DNA of 64,000 nucleotides from Camelus dromedarius (GCF_036321535.1 NC_087472.1:100318001-100382000), one strand, 5' to 3'; counted from the first letter of the stretch, positions 35,930 through 48,410 are shown. Notes: generated by a model not told the origin, from the sequence alone. Numbers and translations: made by a program.

Positions 35930-36070
35930 ATAGAGTCATGCAATTTTCATTACAACGACTCTTAGGGCTTGGATCCAGTCTGGCCGTTCTATAGATGAAG
36001 AAACTAAGGACAAGAGAGATTAAGTGGCATATCCAGAGCGACATAGCTATTTAGTGTGGTTACTTTGGTT
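35930..36070 (-). mobile_element. MIR fragment
   Basis: ATAGATGAAGAAACTAAGGACAAGAGAGATTAAGTGGC. Confidence 0.7.
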
Positions 36071-36199
36071 ATTTTCTTCTTGATGCCCACTTAAACTGTT
36101 ACATAAGCTTATGGGATGTGATGAACATATACTGAAAAAACACCCACCCTTTCCCCAAAGAGGCGCTTGATTTAAAAGGAACTACTTGTCTTAAAAGAC

Positions 36200-36847
36200 C
36201 GTTACTGAACCAAACTTGGGTCCACGTGCCAGACTCAAGCAAGGCAATCTAGTTACATCAGGTTGTAGGGAAGGAAAGTACAGCATTCATTACAGGGCTA
36301 AGCAAGGAGAACAGGCAGCCACGCTCAAAGGACCTGAACTCTCTGGTGGCTTTTAGGAAGCGTTCTTAAAGTCAACATTGGGGGTGAGGGTTGTAGGGTG
36401 TGTGATCAGTTTGTGGGCATTCTTCTGGTTGGTTGTTGTTAAGGTAAGTGAGTGGTGTATTGGAACTTAACATCATCAACCTTCTGGCTCCAACCGGTCT
36501 GGGGTCTGTGTGCTTTCAATCAGCATGCAGTTAAGTTCTTCCTCCTGGTGGGAGTTTTTGTATCTGCAAAACAGCTTAAGGATATAGCTCAGGATAATAT
36601 CTATAGCACATAAGGAGGAACTAAAGGTCCTTGACTTTGTTTTATGGCTCAACTATTATTATTTTGTTTTGCTTGACTGTTATTTTTTGTTTGTTTGTTT
36701 CTGTACTTCTCACCTCTCTGATTAAATTTGCACTTTGGAACTCAGGGACCGTCTAGGAAGCTAAAGCTTTTTTACAAACAAGAGGCAGGGGACATGGGCA
36801 GGGGATGTCTTCCCCAGGAAGGCCCCACAGGGTCCTGCTCAGTTTCA
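36200..36847 (-). mobile_element. ERV1-type solo LTR
   Basis: Ends (C)GTTACTGAACC...GGGTCCTGCTCAGTTTCA, with a perfect 4-bp TSD AGAC at 36196-36199 and 36848-36851. Confidence 0.85.
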
Positions 36848-36974
36848 AGACTACAAGACCCTATCCAGCCTGTTTGTGGGGTGAAGTTGGAGCAGGAGAA
36901 CATAGGTGATGGGATGCTCCCCTGTGCTCAGTTTACAACTGAGTATTGTGATGAAAGTATCTGTGATGAAAGTC

Positions 36975-37450
36975 CAGACACATGCTGCACTGTGGAGGAA
37001 CCTTGAGCACATTTTGCTAAAAAGCCAGACTCAAAAATGTCACATATTGTATGATTCCATTTATATGAAATATCCAAAATAGGCAAATCCACAGAGACAG
37101 AAAGTAGACCGGCGGTTGCCAGGGGCTGAGGGGAAGGTAAACGGGAGTGACTGTTTGCTGTACACGGAGTTTTATTTTGAGGTAAGGAAAATGTTTTGAA
37201 ACTAGATAGAGGTGGTGGTGACACAACATTGTGAATACACTGAATGCCACTGAATTGTTCCCTTTAAAATGGTTAATTTTATGTTATGTAAATTTCATCT
37301 CAATAAACAAAATATATGTCTAATGAGAGAGAAAACACAAATGTAGCAGAATGTTAGCAATTGGTGGATCTAGGTACAGGCTAGCAGGAATTCATTGTAC
37401 TATTCTAGCAACTTTTTGGTTAGGTTAAAATTTTTTCAAAATACAAAATT
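36975..37450 (+). mobile_element. L1MB-type 3' end followed by an L1ME-type 3' fragment
   Basis: ATTGTATGATTCCATTTATATGAAATATCCAAAATAGGCAAATCC...CTCAATAAA (to ~37310), then GAATGTTAGCAATTGGTGGATCTAGG. Confidence 0.88.
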
Positions 37451-38159
37451 GGTAACAATGAAATGTCTTTGGAAAACTAAGAAATCACTTAGCGATTGCT
37501 AAATTGAGGTCACCAGCTGTGATCTAAAATTCATATGGTTTCATATCTATCATTTGATCATGCATGTTGGCTGGTAAGTTTTCTAGCAGCGAAAATGACT
37601 TTTTAGGAGAGTCACAAGCTGACACTGTTTAACATGGGAATCTATTAAGATGCAGATTTCTGAACATCAGTGCCTAAAAATACATTTATTGGGTCTCTCT
37701 GGACAGGTGGTATTAAAATGTGGTTTAACTGAACGATCTGAGCTTTTGAAATTACATGTCTCTATTCTGGCTTTGTCACCATCAGTTGAGTCTTACCCAT
37801 CTACTGATGTCTAAAAGCAAAAGGGTGCAAGATGACTGAGTGTCACAGGAGAAACATTAGGGGCACAGGTCACCATCATGACCCTTGCCCAGAGTGTTCT
37901 GAAACTCAAGCAGTAATGTAGTAAAGATAATACCCCATCCTTTAACCTCACAGTGACGAGAGAGGACATCTCATCTGCCTCCATTGCACAGTAGGTTGGA
38001 TGGAGTTAATGCCTCCCTGGTTTGTTCCAGGCCCATGACCTAATTCTAAATTCCCCATTCAACCATGTCTGAGGCCTGAGACCACAAATTGTCCTGTCTA
38101 CACAGGGTGAGAGGATACTTGCTTCTCTGATTAAGATGCACCAAAAAAAAGTACACAAA

Positions 38160-38332
38160 GATGCAAAAGGTTGCATTACAATGTGAACATACGTAACACT
38201 ACTAAACTGTATACTTAAAATAGTTAAAAGGGATACATAAAATAGATAAACAACAAGGACCTACTGTACAGGATAGGGAACTATACTCAATTTCTTGTAA
38301 TGAGCTGTAATGGAAAAAAACCTGAAAAAAAA

Positions 38333-38368
<36 letters not shown>

Positions 38369-38500
38369 AAACTAAATTGCTTTGCTGTATATCTGAAATT
38401 GACATTGCAAATTGACTACATTTCAATAAAAAAACAAGAATAAAAATAATAGTTAGGATGGTAAACAATGTTACGCGCTTTTTTTTTTTTTTACCACAGT
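38160..38500 (+). mobile_element. Old L1 3' tip with nested young L1 3' end (38232-38443) carrying (TG)n(TA)n
   Basis: ACAATGTGAACATACGTAACACTACTAAACTGTATACTTAAAATAGTTA is interrupted by ATAAAATAGATAAACAACAAGGACCTACTG...TTCAATAAAAAAA and resumes as AATAGTTAGGATGGTAAA. Confidence 0.85.
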
Positions 38501-38997
38501 AGTAAAAAAAGACACATAAGACCCAACTTTTATTTTTCATACAGCAGACCTGAGAATTACTTCTCTTTTGTCTAAAATGAAGGTACACTGCCAATCTTTA
38601 AATCCCAGTGTGACTTAACACACTCCAAATGAAATACAATCTGCTCCTATGGAGGGAAAAAAAAAACCCTAGAAAAACACTCAAGCCTCTGCACAAATCT
38701 TTGGTGAGCAAGAAAAATGGACATAAGAATGGATTAATGGCAGAAGGACATTAAAAATAGAAAAGAACTATTGATTTGAAGGGTTACCTCAAGAGATAAG
38801 TACCAATAAATATTGGAGAGCAGTGGTCTCCATACTTCAGATGATGAAGTGAACGAATCCATTCTCCTTTAGGGTTTACTCATGCTTCTGAGATGCAGTA
38901 AACTGCTCTGGGATTTAACAAATCATTAAAAGGAATGGGAAGTTCAGTTCATAAACACAACTTTTGTAGGATGACAAATACAAGAATGTTCTACTTA

Positions 38998-39198
38998 GAT
39001 AAACAAGATTATACTATACAGTACAGGGAAATATATACAAGATCTTGTGGTAGCTCACAGCAAAAAAAAAATGTGACAATGAATATATATATGTTCATGT
39101 ATAACTGAAAAATTGTGCTCTACACTGGAATTTGACACAACATTGTAAAATGACTATAACTCAATAAAAAAAGTTAAACAAGACAAAACAAAACAAAA
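38998..39198 (+). mobile_element. Young L1 3' end (~200 bp)
   Basis: GATAAACAAGATTATACTATACAGTACAGGGAA...CTCAATAAAAAA. 16-bp TSD AAGAATGTTCTACTTA / AAGGATGTTCTACTTA. Confidence 0.9.
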
Positions 39199-39329
39199 AA
39201 GGATGTTCTACTTAAATAACTGAGTTTTTGTGTGTGTGTGCAAAATTTTGAATTTTTCCAGAATTTTGATCAAGCACATAAAAACAAATCCATGTTCAAT
39301 CAACAAGGACTAATAAGAAGCTCTTTAAT

Positions 39330-39984
39330 GTAAACTGGTGCAGCCACTGTGGAGGACAGTATGGAGGTTCCTTTAAAAACTAAAAATAAACTTATCATAT
39401 GATCCAGCAATCCCACTCCTGGGCATATATCTGGAGAAAAATATAGTTCAAAAAGATACGTGCACACCAGTGTTCACAGCAGCACTATTTACAATAGCCA
39501 AGACATGGAAACAACTTAAAAGTCCATTGACAGATGACCGGATAAAGATGTGATATATATATACAATGGAATAGTACTCAGCAATAAAAAAAGAATAAAA
39601 TAACGCCATTTGCAGCAACATGGATGGATATGGAGATCATCATCCTAAGTGAAGTAAGCCAGAAAGAGAAAGAAAAATATCATATGATATCACTTACATG
39701 TGGAATCTAAAAAAAGGACACAAATGAACTCATCTGCAAAACAGAAACAGACTCACAAACATAGAGAACAAATTTATGGTTACCAGAGGGTAAAGAGGGT
39801 GGGAAGGAATAAATCGGGAGTCTGAAACTTGCAATCCTTGGGGAGCGATGGAAATGTTAGCTATCTTGAGTATGGTGGTGGTCTCATAGGTGTATACATC
39901 TATCAAAATTCATCAAATTGTACATCTGAAATCTGTGTAGTTTACTGTACAGGAATTATACCACAATAAAGGTGTTTAAAAAAA
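39330..39984 (+). mobile_element. Young L1, 5' truncated (ORF2 C-terminus plus atypical 3' UTR)
   Basis: GTAAACTGGTGCAGCCACTGTGG...TATGATCCAGCAATCCCACTCCTGGGCATATAT. Perfect 15-bp TSD AAGAAGCTCTTTAAT at 39315-39329 and 39985-39999. Confidence 0.92.
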
Positions 39985-40024
39985 AAGAAGCTCTTTAATA
40001 TTCATCTATTATAAGATCATCATT

Positions 40025-40099
40025 GAGGTACCGGGATTGAACCTGGGACCTCCTGGGTGCTGAGCTCCCGCTCTACCACTTGAGCCATACCCTTCCCCC
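40025..40099 (-). mobile_element. Camelid tRNA-derived SINE, tRNA-like head only
   Basis: Reverse complement GGGGGAAGGGTATGGCTCAAGTGGTAGAGCGGGAGCTCAGCACCCAGGAGGTCCCAGGTTCAATCCCGGTACCTC; no A-tail. Confidence 0.85.
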
Positions 40100-40101
40100 G
40101 A

Positions 40102-40361
40102 CACTAGTCTGAATTGAAATTTGCCATAAGTGTAATATACACACCAGGTTTCAAAGACTCAGTATGAAAAAAAATGTAAAATATCTCATGAATAATTTTT
40201 ATATTGATTACATGGTAAAGTGATATTTTGGATACATAAAAAATATTAAATAAAATATATTATTGAATTTAAGTTTACCTGTTTCACTTTTTTAACATGG
40301 CTACTAGAAAACTCACAATTACATTATGTGCATAGCATCATATTTCTATTGGACAGCACTG
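40102..40361 (-). mobile_element. MER33 hAT MITE, truncated on the left
   Basis: Homologous to 29125-29826; right TIR CTATTGGACAGCACTG. Confidence 0.85.
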
Positions 40362-41189
40362 TAAAGACCATTTGAATTTTCTATCCCATTCTTTCACCCT
40401 TTATATGTGTCTGTGTGTTGTATGTAAACCTATACATGTGTAAATAATATATTCTGATTATCAAAGTAAGATACATTCTCTTCTAAAGGACTATGTAAAA
40501 ACCACTAAGAAAGAATACCCTCTTGTAATTAAAATGCCTGTTTAAGCATGACTTTGATGAACACACTACAACTTATATTAAACATTCCATTGGTAAATGA
40601 GTCTACACAAAGCAGTACTGGCACTGGAGCTGCTTCAGACAGACCACTTGAGATTGCTTTTGTTCCTCTAAACTTGTTTCCCAATGGACTTCTCCACTTA
40701 GATTAATTCAGCTGGAGTAAGAAATGCAAAAATGTAAGTCACTGTACTTGGCCCCACATATCTCAGAGATGCCTTGGAAATGACTGCTACATGATGAAAA
40801 GTGATCTCTGGCTAAAAAATTGCCAAGGATTAGAGAAAAATTACACTGTTAGCATATCTCTAGAACTGAGTTGAAGAAGCAGGAGTCTTAAATGACATTG
40901 GACTTCATAAAATGTTGGCTGAGGTTTGTGGGTTTCTTTTTTTGAATGCAGAAATTATTATTTTAAAAAATCGGTTATTGTCTACGTTTAATATGACAGT
41001 GTAATCTATATAACAGTGGGTTAGAATGGAATTTTCCCACCTCAGCTTCAGCTGAAGTATCAGGGTTGCAGATATCAGATGTGAAAGTGAGGAGAAGGTG
41101 AAAGCCCAGAGGCAGAAGCTACAGAGGAAGGGTTCAAATTTTGTTTTTACGGCTCTGGGACGCTCAACCAGAACAAGGGCATCAAAAAA

Positions 41190-41508
41190 GGTCAGGATGT
41201 GGAGAGGGGAGGATGTAGGTACTCCAGTGAACAGCCGTAATTGTACTCCTAGCTGACAGCCAGGATCAGCTGCCAGATTTGTGACCGAGCCATCGTGGAT
41301 GTCCAGCCCAGTCGAGGTTCTGATTACTGTAGGCAGAGCAGACATTTGACTGCAGTTGTGTGACAGCCCCATTGAGAACTGTCCAGCTGAACCTTCCCTG
41401 AATTTCTGACCCACAAAATGGTGAGCAAAATGAAATGGAATTTTAATATGTATAAAATTACCCTAAATTGGGGGGTAATTTGTTATGTGGCAATAGATAA
41501 CTGGAATA
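41190..41508 (+). mobile_element. MaLR LTR (MLT1G/H-like) 3' part
   Basis: CTAGCTGACAGCCAGGATCAGCTGCCAGA...TTCTGACCCACAAAA...TTTGTTATGTGGCAATAGATAAC. Confidence 0.8.
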
Positions 41509-42509
41509 TTTGCCATGTAGATTTTTCTGTTATAATCCTGTCTTTAAAAAAAAAAAAAAAAAAGCTCAGGAAGTTTCATTTCCAGCAAAAACTAAAAGGC
41601 TCCTGGCCCCATAAGAAGTTAATACCCTTTCAAAACTATCTTCCTCAAGAGCAAGAGAAGAGGCAGGTTCCAGCTGATCTTCCAAAAACAGTTCTTGATT
41701 TCAAGTTTCACCTTCTTTCCAAAGTCTCAAAGTAGTGGCCAAGAACTAATTCAATATCCTCATGTTGGAGATAGAAGGGACCACCTAACTTCAATTGAAT
41801 GAAATTGTGTTTGAATATCCTAGCAAAGGCCCTTGCAAGAGAAGCAAATTGGTTTTTCATTGAGCAACCCACGTAAAGTATTACATTTTTTGGACACATT
41901 TTGAACATACCTGACCTGTGATGAAGCAGTGTGTGTCGTGCCAGCAGAGAAATTTCTCTTCTAAAGAGAATTTTCCAGATTGATGGGATCTAGAAGTTAT
42001 ATATAACAATCATGGAAACAAAATGGGAGGAAACATAGCATCTTTTGAAGTTCCATGAGCCACATTATTTATAATTGTCTGCTGAAATTCCTTCCAAAAA
42101 TGTCTTTATTTTACCTTTTTCAAAGTAAATCTGACCCAAAGCAAAGGATATTGACAAAATAGAGTTCAGTAAAAGAGAAGAGCAGAACATGAAACTTTAC
42201 AGCAGCAGATATTTTCATTCAAGAGAATCGAATTAAAATAATTTGGCCATGACGCAGCCATTTAAATGTGAGAATTTACAAATATGGGAATTATATCCTA
42301 CTTTAACTAAGATATGCGAGTGTTCACGTTGCTTCCAGTGGAAAGACGAAGATTCAGAAATATAATTTCAAAATTAAAACTATAGGTGTCTTCATGTAAT
42401 CAATATATGTTTATTTTCAGACATTGTACTAGAGACCAGCACAAATTCTGTCCTCAAGAAACATATAGTCTAAATATATAGTCTGGTGGGGGATATGGCA
42501 AAGTAAAAC

Positions 42510-42725
42510 AATAAATTAAATGAGTTTCGTGTGTATAAAATCCTTACGCCATTTCTAGGCACATAGTAAGTGCCATGTACCTGCCAAGTAAGTAAATAAA
42601 TATCCAGCCATTTATTCAACAAATACTTACTGATCACCTTCTATATGGCAGGCACACGCAAGGTGCTGGGGAAAGAGTGGTAAATGAAGAGTTTACATTC
42701 AGAGGAGAGGACAGATATTGAACAC
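42510..42725. mobile_element. MIR 3' tip (+) and L2 3' tip (-), tail to tail
   Basis: GGCACATAGTAAGTGC, then CATTTATTCAACAAATACTTACTGA...GGCAGGCAC...GTGCTGGGG. Confidence 0.65.
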
Positions 42726-43709
42726 TCAACAAGCAGGGGTACCCCTGAAACATTCCTGGGATGCTTGGGAAGCAAGAGAAGGCTACTGGCCCAAGTGGCC
42801 AAAGGCTAGGCCGGTCCAGGCCCAGGCTCGATGGACTCAGTAGCATGTCTGCTGGCCTTGTAACAAGAAGAGAAAAGTAGTTTACCCCAAGCCAAAATGG
42901 AAACCTAGTATGTAAAGTCAAACTTAGGAGAGGCTTGAAGGCCAGCAAGACAATCAAGATCTGCTCCCCTAATTCCATACTGGATCAGAGGGAAAGTCCA
43001 AGTGCAGAGACAAGCACTGGACTCCATGCATTGGACCACACATAGATGACTAAGATAGTGTAATTGAAATAGACGACTAGGCATAGCGCTCAAGACTCCG
43101 GTACTTTGGTGCCAGAAGTGGGGTCGACCACCCATGGCACAAACAGATCTGGACCAAGACACGTTGGAACTCGAGGCAGACCAAGAATGTGGTGTACTTC
43201 ATACAATATCCTTTCAATATTAATGCAACAGTTTCTTAGTAGGTGAGCAGTGCTGGCACCAGGATAATTTTTTTTTTCTTTTCTACCATTTACGTGGCTA
43301 GAGCAGAGCCAACTTATATTTTGATGGTTATAGAAGTAGTCACATGTGGAGAGCTGAGTTAAATGGTACCATATTTCTAATTTCCATTAGGAATATTATT
43401 GCCCTTACAGATTGATGCTGGGAGCACTTATCCTGTTGGTCTGCCTTATAACTCGGCTTTGAGCATGAATGATCCCAGAATACAGGTGTCTGCTGATTGC
43501 CCTGGTGTGAATGGCCAAGGACTTTGTGTGTGCATCTGTATCAAGTGTATTTGTGTGTATGTGTGTGTGTGTCCCTCTTCCTGAACAAGGTGGATTCTGC
43601 CAGCTTTGGAAATATGCCAGAAGGATGGGTCCTATGCGGATCATCCAAGTTTTACAACTTGAGAGTTTAGAACTCAACAATTTTTATATGGCCTTTTCCC
43701 TTTTTCCTT

Positions 43710-43945
43710 AAGCCCTGGAGCCTGAATTTGGGAGTATGCAAACATGGTAAAGCCGTGGCTCTATTCCTCAATGGCTATGAGACCCTGGGCAGATTACTTA
43801 ACCCCATTAAATGGTAGTTTCCTGATCTTTAAAATGGGGATAATAATATTTAGCTCATAAGATGGTTGTGAAGATAAAACTGCATGTTGAAAGTATCAAA
43901 TGTGATTCCTGGGTCATAGCAAGCACTGAGTAAGCAAAAGCTATT
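43710..43945 (+). mobile_element. MIR SINE
   Basis: GACCCTGGGCAGATTACTTAACC...GTTTCCTGATCTTTAAAATGGGGATAATAAT. Confidence 0.8.
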
Positions 43946-45222
43946 ACGATTAGAATGAAAGGCACTAAGCAAGGGCTATGAACAGCTAGATGCCACCAGA
44001 ACTGGGGTTTATGCTCATTTCACAACATTGGGCTGTCTGTAAATAGAGAATTAAAATATTGAGTAGGCTGTCGACTTAACCAAACCAACCCACTTAAAAT
44101 GGTCCATCATTTGCTATTTCACAAGGTACTCAAGAGCTAGTCGATTCTCTTCTGGACAAACAGACAGCCTTTCCTCATCTTAAAATAGGCAGAATGACTT
44201 TATGGACCCAAGCTGATCAGGCTTAAAAATCCAAGCATTTCTTATTTCTACATTAATTAATAATTCAAAACAAAATTTCTAAATAACAAACTTCCATTTC
44301 GCTAAAAACAGGAGTCCATTAGTGGATGCCTCTAAACTTAGCAAGCACTCCAGATGTCTGGTGGGTTTTTGTTGTCTCCTTCATAATGCACACTGACGGC
44401 CAGGCATTGGCAGCACTGGACGGGACCAGACGCAACTAGGCAACAGTCTAGGACCACCTTCTTCCTGGGCTATAGATTCTAACACTGTTATAGTGGACTT
44501 TTAATCCATTAATTAGCGATGAAAAAGGAAGGGAGAAGAGTGCTATATTCTGACATCAATAGTTTCACACAGCCTAATGAGACATACTAGGATGCCTTCC
44601 AAAATTGATGCGCTCAACTGCTGATGGGAGTAACCGAAGAAAATATTCAGCACAGCTGACCCAACAGTTCTTTCCTAACCTATCCATGAATCCTGAAAGC
44701 GAAATTCATTTGGAGTTTTTTATTTTGTTTTGTTTTTTAATTTGGAATGGGAAATGCATCAAACTCTCTCAAAGCAGAAGTTTGATTCTTTTTTTCCTCC
44801 CACTGCCTGACACCATCAGGTTCCCCTTAGACTTGTCTACAGAAGTGTGCGTTTTGGTTAATTATTAGATTATTTACTAGGCTTCCATTTTAACACTTGA
44901 AGGGGAAATGGTAACAACTATATATTACTTTACAAATGTATTGCCCCTTTCTCCTGTCTTTCCTCCTCTACTAAACGCTACTCCAGCATGGTTGTTCTGG
45001 GAAGTTTCGTGAACATGTCTGTTCTGGTCTCACCCACCTGTGGTGCAAAACCATCTAAAGCAAGAAAGCCTGTGCCTGAATGTTAGCTGGTATGTTCCAG
45101 CTGGCTTGGAAGGCAGCAAGGCACATGCACACTGAAGGCAGGAAGGCAAGAGGGAGTGGGGACAAGCCCCACATGGTCTAAATGCAAAACGATGAGATAT
45201 AGAGCTTTAAGTTTTAGGATCA

Positions 45223-45376
45223 GGGGGAGGATATAACTCAAGTGGTAGAGTGTGTGCTTAGCATGCAGGAGGTCCTGGGTTCAATCCCCAGTACCTCCTC
45301 CAAGAATAAATAAATAAACAAACTTAATTACCTCCCCCCATCCCCAGCCAAAAGAAAAACAAAGCACACATTTTGT
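45223..45376 (+). mobile_element. Camelid tRNA-Ala-derived SINE (vic-1-like)
   Basis: GGGGGAGGATATAACTCAAGTGGTAGAGTGTGTGCTTAGCATGCAGGAGGTCCTGGGTTCAATCCCCAGTACCTCC plus tail. TSD GTTTTAGGATCAGG at 45211 and 45380. Confidence 0.92.
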
Positions 45377-45640
45377 TACGTTTTAGGATCAGGACCAGTA
45401 AGGAGAACAACTCCAAATTCTTGCTCCCAGGTCTTACAGCAGGTATCAATGTGAGGGCCCAAGCCAATAGGACACAGAAGGAAAATATATAAGAGTGGGC
45501 TGAGAGGGGCCACTTATATGCTTATTGGACATATAGACCAGTGGGCACTGCCTCACTCTCCAGGCCAGCAGTCTGTGGAAACATGGTGGATATGGCTCCC
45601 TGTACTTTCATTGTAACTATTGAAAATATATTCTGTAGTT

Positions 45641-46537
45641 TAGGGCAGCGACATAATTTGCCAGGCCTAGTGCAAGATAAACATGTAGGGCCACTTGTTG
45701 AAAAAGCAGGAAGAGTGCCGTTAAAGGTCCTAAAATGTAAAATGTTTCCTTTCCTCTGCAGTCTCTCCCTCTCCCTCCCCTCCGTCTCTCCTACCTCTTC
45801 CCCTCCCTCTCTCTTAGTTCCTTTTTAATGATGAGGTGCATGTGGTCCACTGACTGCCAGGTTCCCCCTCCCACACCCCACTGGACCCATGTGCAGTGCC
45901 CCAGCCCCAGCTGGGAATTCAATCCCCCTTCCCACAGCCCACTGTCCCAAGCCATTGAAAATGGCCAGCCCTCAAGGGATTGCAACTTCCACACTTGGAT
46001 CAGGGATGGGATAGAGGCTCACACCTACCAAGTTGTCTGCTGCCAGCCCAGGGTGACGACAGCTTCTGCCATGCCCCACCTGAGACTCCGTGTGGGGCAC
46101 ACATCCAACCCAGATCCCCACCATGACATTCCCAGCACCTGTGTCAGGTAGAACATGGACCTCCTCTCCCCTAACCCCCATCTTACCCTATCCACACCAT
46201 TCCATGTCTTCCCCTCAGTGCTACCTGGACACTGCCAGGGTAGAGGGTGGCAGTGGTCACAGAGCAGAGAGGGGAGGCCAGGCAGGGAGAGGAAATGGTC
46301 AAGAACCCATTGGGAGAGGTGGGGAGGTGGCACAAGCTAGACTCAAGGTGGGCCAGGATCTAAACCGTTGCCCCCTACATCTCCATTGTCCCATAGGATT
46401 TCAGTTACCAAATTCAAAGATGAAATTATTAAGAATTTCAGTAGGACAACAGTACAATATTAAACCACAGTCAGGGCACTTTTGAGTACAGGGCCTTGTG
46501 CGATGGCACCAATCAGGCACCCATGAAGCCACCCATG
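45641..46537 (-). mobile_element. hAT-Tip100 element (MER45C-like)
   Basis: Both ends match MER45 termini (AGGGCAGCGACATAATTTG...GTGCAAGAT and ATTATTAAGAATTTCA...CAGGGCCTTGTGCGA...CACCCATGAAGCC). About 900 bp with a C-rich interior. Confidence 0.8.
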
Positions 46538-47624
46538 TGGTAGTCTTCAAAAAAATGTTCCCAAAGGAAGCCTCCCAGGGGTGACACTAACCAGATTCTC
46601 TTAAATTCCCTGTCACTTCAGCTAGCAGCTAGAGCTAAAACTCAACGCTGAGAATATTGGATCCCAACCTAGCTCCATTTTCTTATTTATATGTTTTGTT
46701 TTCTTCTGAGTTTCTACATAAGTGTTTCTCCTGCCTGCCTAATGGAGAATAAACTCCTAGCAGGTAGGGACTGTATCTTTTAGAGCAGAATTTTAACTTT
46801 GCACACTCCAGGGTGTCCTTTGGGTCCAAAACTTCACCTGGCAAGAATGAAGGGAGGAAATCATCTACTGCCAAACTCTCCAATATTTTGGGTACACTTC
46901 ATGCAACATTTTCCCGACACTAACCCTTTTCATAGGCCTTTAAAATGGAGAACTTTGGGGTTTGACTGTATTGGCTTATGAAAAGTTTTGACAACTCAAA
47001 GCCACCAGAACCTCTGCTGACTTCCTAGTCCAGGATCCTGAGGAGGAAGGGGTGGCTGCTGCTTGACTAATGTCTATTCCTGTATCTACACCCCCGAAAC
47101 CCCATCTCTACCCTACTCAGTCTCAGCACAGGGCCTCTAGCAGGTTCTCAAATACCACCATCCTCTTTGTCATCATCAAAAGCATTGATCGAATGCTGTG
47201 ATAAGTGAATTATTGAATGATATAAACCCAATGTTTACCCACTGGCTGACTCTTCTCTCTGCACTTGACAGTAGATTGTAGTTTTCAAAGACAATTAACC
47301 TGACAGAAAGAGAACCTCTATCATTTGTGAAATAGAACATCACACACACACGACAAAAAAAGCACTTGGAATACTGTGAGGACAGAACATAATCGTTTCC
47401 TGCCTTGCAAAAGTCATTTGAATTTAGAAATATTATACATACCTTCTGGGGATTTGTTTAGTTAACATCAATGGGGTAAAGAAATACTTGATACTATTTT
47501 GCCAAATTACCATGGGACTTGTTTCCCTGATACAGGGTGTCCTTCACTTATATATCCACTCATAATTTCGAACCAGAAGGGGTTGGAGGCTATTCCCTCA
47601 TGTGGTGATTCCTCTGTTGTTGTG

Positions 47625-47880
47625 TGTGTGTGTGACCCAGATGCAGACACCTAACTTTTCTGAGCTCCAGTTTTCCCATGTTTAAAACAACACTAAGACT
47701 TACCCATCCCATAGAGTTCTTTTCAAGATTTAAGGAGAAAATATCGTTTAGGCACATTGCATACTCTAAAGCCCAGTTCAGGTGTAAATGATTCTCCTTG
47801 CTCAGGGTCACACAGGGTGTTTACATCAAATCCAATCCAGATCTGCAAAGTCTGATTCAAGGTCCAGTGCTCTTTATACC
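47625..47880. mobile_element. Two MIR fragments (+ then -)
   Basis: GTGTGACCCAG...CTGAGCTCCAGTTTTCCCATGTTTAAAA; then CTTGCTCAGGGTCACACAG...GTCTGATTCAAGGTCCAGTGCTCTTT. Confidence 0.7.
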
Positions 47881-48039
47881 ATGTTCACAGAGATCCTGAG
47901 CCATGAAGAAGGACAGCTCCTTACACGCTCAGCTTTTGCACTTGCTGTTTGTAAGATGGAGGAAGAGCATGGAGGCCTAAGGGAGCACAATTCCACTGGT
48001 CTGTCTATGAGACCATAAAGCTCTGATGTTTTCCCATAT

Positions 48040-48410
48040 TGTGTTATTCTGGGTACCCTGGAAAACAGAGCCTGAGGCAAGGCTTCAATGCTAATGCTTT
48101 CATGTTGGAGGTAGAGGGCGAGTATAATCCAGGGCAGCTAAAGTGAGGAGAAAAGAATGAGATTCAATCATAAGATGATACCTTGTGACACTGGCCACTG
48201 CTTCCCAACAAACTTTCCATCAAACCGTATGAGAGAGATGGTTCTCTCGGGTGCGCCCATGTGGCCCCAAGGCTAAATGAAAGAACTGTGCCTCATTACA
48301 GCCCATCAGAGAGGGAATGCCTAGGGAACTTATCTGTTGACTCTCTGCCATCTCCCATCTCTCCATCGGTCAAACTTTGCCCCACAGGCATTAACTTCCC
48401 TGCACTTCTA
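48040..48410 (-). mobile_element. ERVL LTR (LTR16/LTR33-like)
   Basis: CTGGGTACCCTGGAAAACAGAGCCTGAGGCAAGG...TTGCCCCACAGGCATTAACTTCCCTGCACTTC. Confidence 0.6.

Noticed and set aside
40905..41414. 169-aa ORF
   Set aside because: The first half is antisense to an MLT1 LTR; no domain or splice support.
45223..45298. Possible functional tRNA-Ala gene (also at 1028-1101, 40025-40099, 58890-58960)
   Set aside because: Mutated stems and no T-run terminator; most copies also carry SINE-type tails or TSDs, marking them as SINE copies.
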